In this document: one piece after another, positions 60,654-64,000 of the stretch
Layout of the letters: every line of letters begins with the position of its first letter
How positions within the stretch are numbered: position 1 is the first letter of the stretch
NCBI GenBank assembly: GCA_964036045.1
Contig: OZ038378.1
Location: forward strand, 141,298,001-141,362,000
DNA: 64,000 nt
Direction: 5' to 3'
DNA from: Eutreptiella sp. 'Long Island Sound 2002'
Lineage: Eukaryota > Protista > Euglenida
Program-made: the position numbers and the translations under genes
The notes under the pieces: generated by a model
Told to the model about the DNA's origin: nothing
Databases searched by the model: none
What the model saw: only the letters and a program-made list of their open reading frames with translations

Positions 60654-63412
60654 CTGTCGTGGCACCTATGAGCATCGTACGGGATGGGCTGTGTAGTGGT
60701 GCAAAGTGAAAGAGACAAGAACACTCGCCTAGGTCAAGACATGGCCAAGGATTGCACATCAAAGGGGCCACCCATGCACATAACTACACGCGGCTGCGAA
60801 GGGGGGGGGGGTGAACGGTACCCTTCTCCATTATGATCCATCGCTCCTCAACAATCCTCATCACTACTCAACAACCCCGAAAAGCCTGCTGGCCCCCCCA
60901 ACTCTGACGCAAAAAGTGACTTCAATCAACAAAAGCAGGTCCCAGAAAAGACATTGCATGCCGACAGTCCAACCCCTCCGATGTCCAAGATAAGACGAGG
61001 CACCAAACAAAAACAGAGTCCCCACAGCTTGTGCACGATCCGGAAAAATTGCATGCAAACACCAGAACCTCCTCCAAAAAGTGGAACATCAGCCACAAGG
61101 ACAGCTGAGCAGATAGAAATGGTGCAAGCAAACCACAACCTTCTTCAAATTCGTTGTCTACAAACACAAAATTGTCAGAAGAAAAGGACACAGCTGCTTT
61201 CCAGGGTTAACATCAATCTGGTACCAAATTAAATTGGGTCCAGTATCATAACCGCTGTTGGTAGTGTGGCAGAGACAAAGTGTGGCTTGGCCATAGCACA
61301 GCGATGGTCGTAACCCTCCCAATACGCTCTGGCATTCATCACAGTACAGATTGTAACATGCATGGCAACACAGAAAAGGCGCCAGAGGCGCCCCCATGAT
61401 TGGAGTGCAGATACGGCGCCTCAGGTGCTGTCAGAGTTCTCTCCGGCTGGTTCAGGTAAGGCGCTGAAGGCGCCAGGAATCAGCGTTGCCATTCCCTGCC
61501 CTGAGCTTCCTTCAGGCGCCTTGTTCTCCCTGCCCTTGTTCATCATGGGGGCCGACTCCTGGCTTATGATACAATGTCTCCCCGCAACTAACTGTCAGCC
61601 AAAGGCCCCCTTGGGGGCTGGCAGGAAGGGAGGGGAGGGGCTGTCTGACCCGTTTCCGTTGGCAGGGGGCCCTTTTGGCGTTTCACCACACAACCCCTTT
61701 GTGGCCTTGTGCCCTCAGTCGCATTTCCGCGAAATCCGACATTGGGCCTGCGCAAAGGGGGGGTGGAAAAAAATTCCTGGGAACAGCATACAGGTTTTTT
61801 TCGCAGCCAACTCCCGGAGGGGGCGGGGGGGGGGGGGGCGCAAATTTTTTCCTTACACATATGACCAAAAAGTTTACCAAACAAAGCTGTTTCAAGGCAA
61901 AAACAGTGCACCTTGATATTTTGACACCACCGTTCCATCAATTTGAAGACTACAACCCCAACTCAACGTGCAAAGCATGGTAGGGAAATCTCACCCTTTA
62001 CCTGTGGTTAAGCAGGAGGGTCGTTACTCCCTCAATTAGAAGTAGTAGAGCCCCATATACTACTTCTTTCCCCATACCCCTTGGACCAGGCAACAACCTA
62101 TCTAACCCACTACGTCACACGGTGCCCATTTCTGTGACGTAGTCGTTTCGGTTCGCATTTTGCGACATTTCACATGTCGAGTCGTTTCGCGCTTCCAGAT
62201 GCTGTGCCTGCTCATATGCCGCTACCTACTGCTTCTTGGCCTTCCCACCATGGGAAGTAGCAGCTTGCTTCTTGCCCTTGCTGGCGGCTGGTTTCTTTTT
62301 GGTTGGCTTCTTGCTACTGTTGTTGCTGCTGCTAGCAGTGGCCTCAGAAGCTGCCGCCCGCCTCTTGCCCTTCTTGGTTGCTGCCTTCTTTTTGGCTAGA
62401 TTCTTGCTGCTGCTGCTGTTGTTGCTACTTCTGCTGCTACAACTACTACTGCCGTTGCCGCTAATGCTGTTGGTGCTCGTATTATTGCCGCTGTTGTTGC
62501 TATCGCTTTCGCTACCCTCGGATCAGCTGTGTGGTTGGGGTTCAAACAATTCAGTACATGCCATGTGCAAAGAGAAATTTGCTGCAAAAAATCTTCCTTG
62601 GTAAAATGTTTTGGCAAATGCTATAATTATGGCACGACGGCTTTTTTCGTAGGCAACCCTCGGAGGGTGGGGGGCGGGGGAATGCAATTTTTTTCCAGGC
62701 ACGCAGTTTTTTTCCAACCTCGCCCCTTGGGCCTGCGTTGGCCAATTGCCGCGTGCTTACCTGCGTTGGATGTAGACCCTCTGCCCTCAGCCCACACGGC
62801 TCTTGCACCGAGTACGAGGGCACGGGGCGCTGGGAGAAGCGACATTTTTGCTTGGGGGAGGGGGGTAGCCAAATGACACGCCCCACATCACTCCGCTCCC
62901 TCCCAAAGGCGCCCCAGCTACTAGAGCCACGTGGCGGCTCATCACAGGCCCACAAATGCAACACGGATCATGGGGCGACAGGTTCCCTAACCTCCCATTG
63001 CCCTTCTCTGAAATGGCTCCGTCACCCCCTGGTCGAGTGGGGGAAGCCTGAAATGGCTGAATAACCTCCCCTGTCCTGGGGGGGTCGCCAAACTGGGGAG
63101 GAGTGATGAGGGTGTCCAAAGGGAAGAGTAATGATGTGGCATATGCAGCCATGCACAAAAAGTTCCTTTGGGTGCCTTTGCTGCCTGTGGCCCAGCTTGC
63201 TGTGGCTGGACACCCCCCCTTGGGGCGGCGGGGGGGGCGGGGGGGGGGGCGCTTCCTGGGAGTGGTACAGCCCACACCCCACCCCACCCCACCCCACCGC
63301 CGGAGCAGGTGGGTCTTGCCTATACATCCAAACCCCACCTTTGGTTGCGGCAACACCCTCGTCCCTCTTTCCATTGTTGCAATCCTGTCCACATAGGCGC
63401 AGATGTACAGAC

Positions 63413-63521
63413 CTCAAGTATGCAGGGCTCTCTGGTCCCCAAGAAGTGTGAGTACAGCGTGTAACTCACGTCCTCCAGCCACTCTTGAACACATGTGTGA
63501 AACTCATGGGCCCGTTTGTAT
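63413..63521 (-). CDS. Internal exon of the same gene (gene continues beyond the right edge)
   Basis: gtgctgcag|A TAC AAA CGG GCC CAT...; encodes YKRAHEFHTCVQEWLED(VSYTLYSHFLGTREPCILE). Two phase-0 donors are possible: GAC|GTGAGT at 63470 or GAG|GTCTGT at 63413. Confidence 0.5.
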
Positions 63522-64000
63522 CTGCAGCACATCCATGACACAGCGCAAGGGGACGAGGCACGGGCACGCGGACATTGGTGTGTGTTTGTGTGTGTGTTTG
63601 GTGGTGGTGGAAGCGGGGCTTATTAAGGAGGGACACTGGCATGGGTCACCAGGGTGAGAGCTCAGAGGAGACCACCGCCCATGAGAGGGGCAGCAGGGCT
63701 GCTAGAAGACCCAGATCCCTGGACCTGGCCCCTCACCTTGGTCAGAACCTCCCCTGATGCAGAGCCTCCATCCCAGCACAACTGTGGCACACCCTGGTGG
63801 CGTCCTCTGCAGACACTCATCTCCGCTTGGGCAGTGGCTGACCTCACACCCGCACACCCCAAGTCTACCAGTGCAGCATGCTTGCTAGCTGCCTCCTGCC
63901 TGTTGGGATGCTGCTGCGGCAGGGCTGCCTCCTCTTGGCTGCCGGTGTGTGCCCCAGGGTTTTACGGCTGACAAGCTGGCATAGCGCTGCGGTACGTCTC

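Noticed and set aside
62160-62604. Leu-rich plus ORFs and a Ser/Asn/Lys-rich minus frame (SEGSESDSNN...KKAATKKGK...KKQ|GT)
   Set aside because: Trinucleotide-like low complexity. The nearest CAG acceptor is followed by an in-frame TGA; only a rare GAG acceptor would make it an exon. Not excluded without RNA-seq.

Overview
Eukaryotic, GC-rich, repeat-dense genomic DNA with many poly-G/poly-C tracts. The style (GT-AG introns of several kb, TTAGGG-like arrays, SINE/LINE/MITE debris) looks protist-like, possibly euglenid; the taxon is a guess. Three intron-containing host genes were rebuilt by eye, all on the minus strand: a DHHC palmitoyltransferase (14115 to beyond the left edge), a 298-aa mitochondrial carrier of the OAC1/SLC25A34-35 type (22345-19735), and a multi-exon protein with hemerythrin-like HF..E helices (beyond 63521 to 36873). 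Most ORFs in the supplied track are low-complexity artefacts or decayed retroelement frames. The most unusual feature is at 54-58.4 kb, inside an intron of the third gene. There, a 960-bp tandem unit couples a tRNA-like A/B-box cassette to CRISPR-like arrays of hairpins. The hairpins keep a G-ATCG-C loop while four different stems co-vary, which points to selection on structure. Other items of note: a TSD-flanked 1.15-kb retroposon with 82-bp repeats; a LINE family with extra sense and antisense 5' ORFs conserved between two diverged copies; a TCGA-rich foreign-looking gene fragment; and a dispersed element carrying a telomere-like array. No cas genes, rRNA or intact tRNA genes were found.
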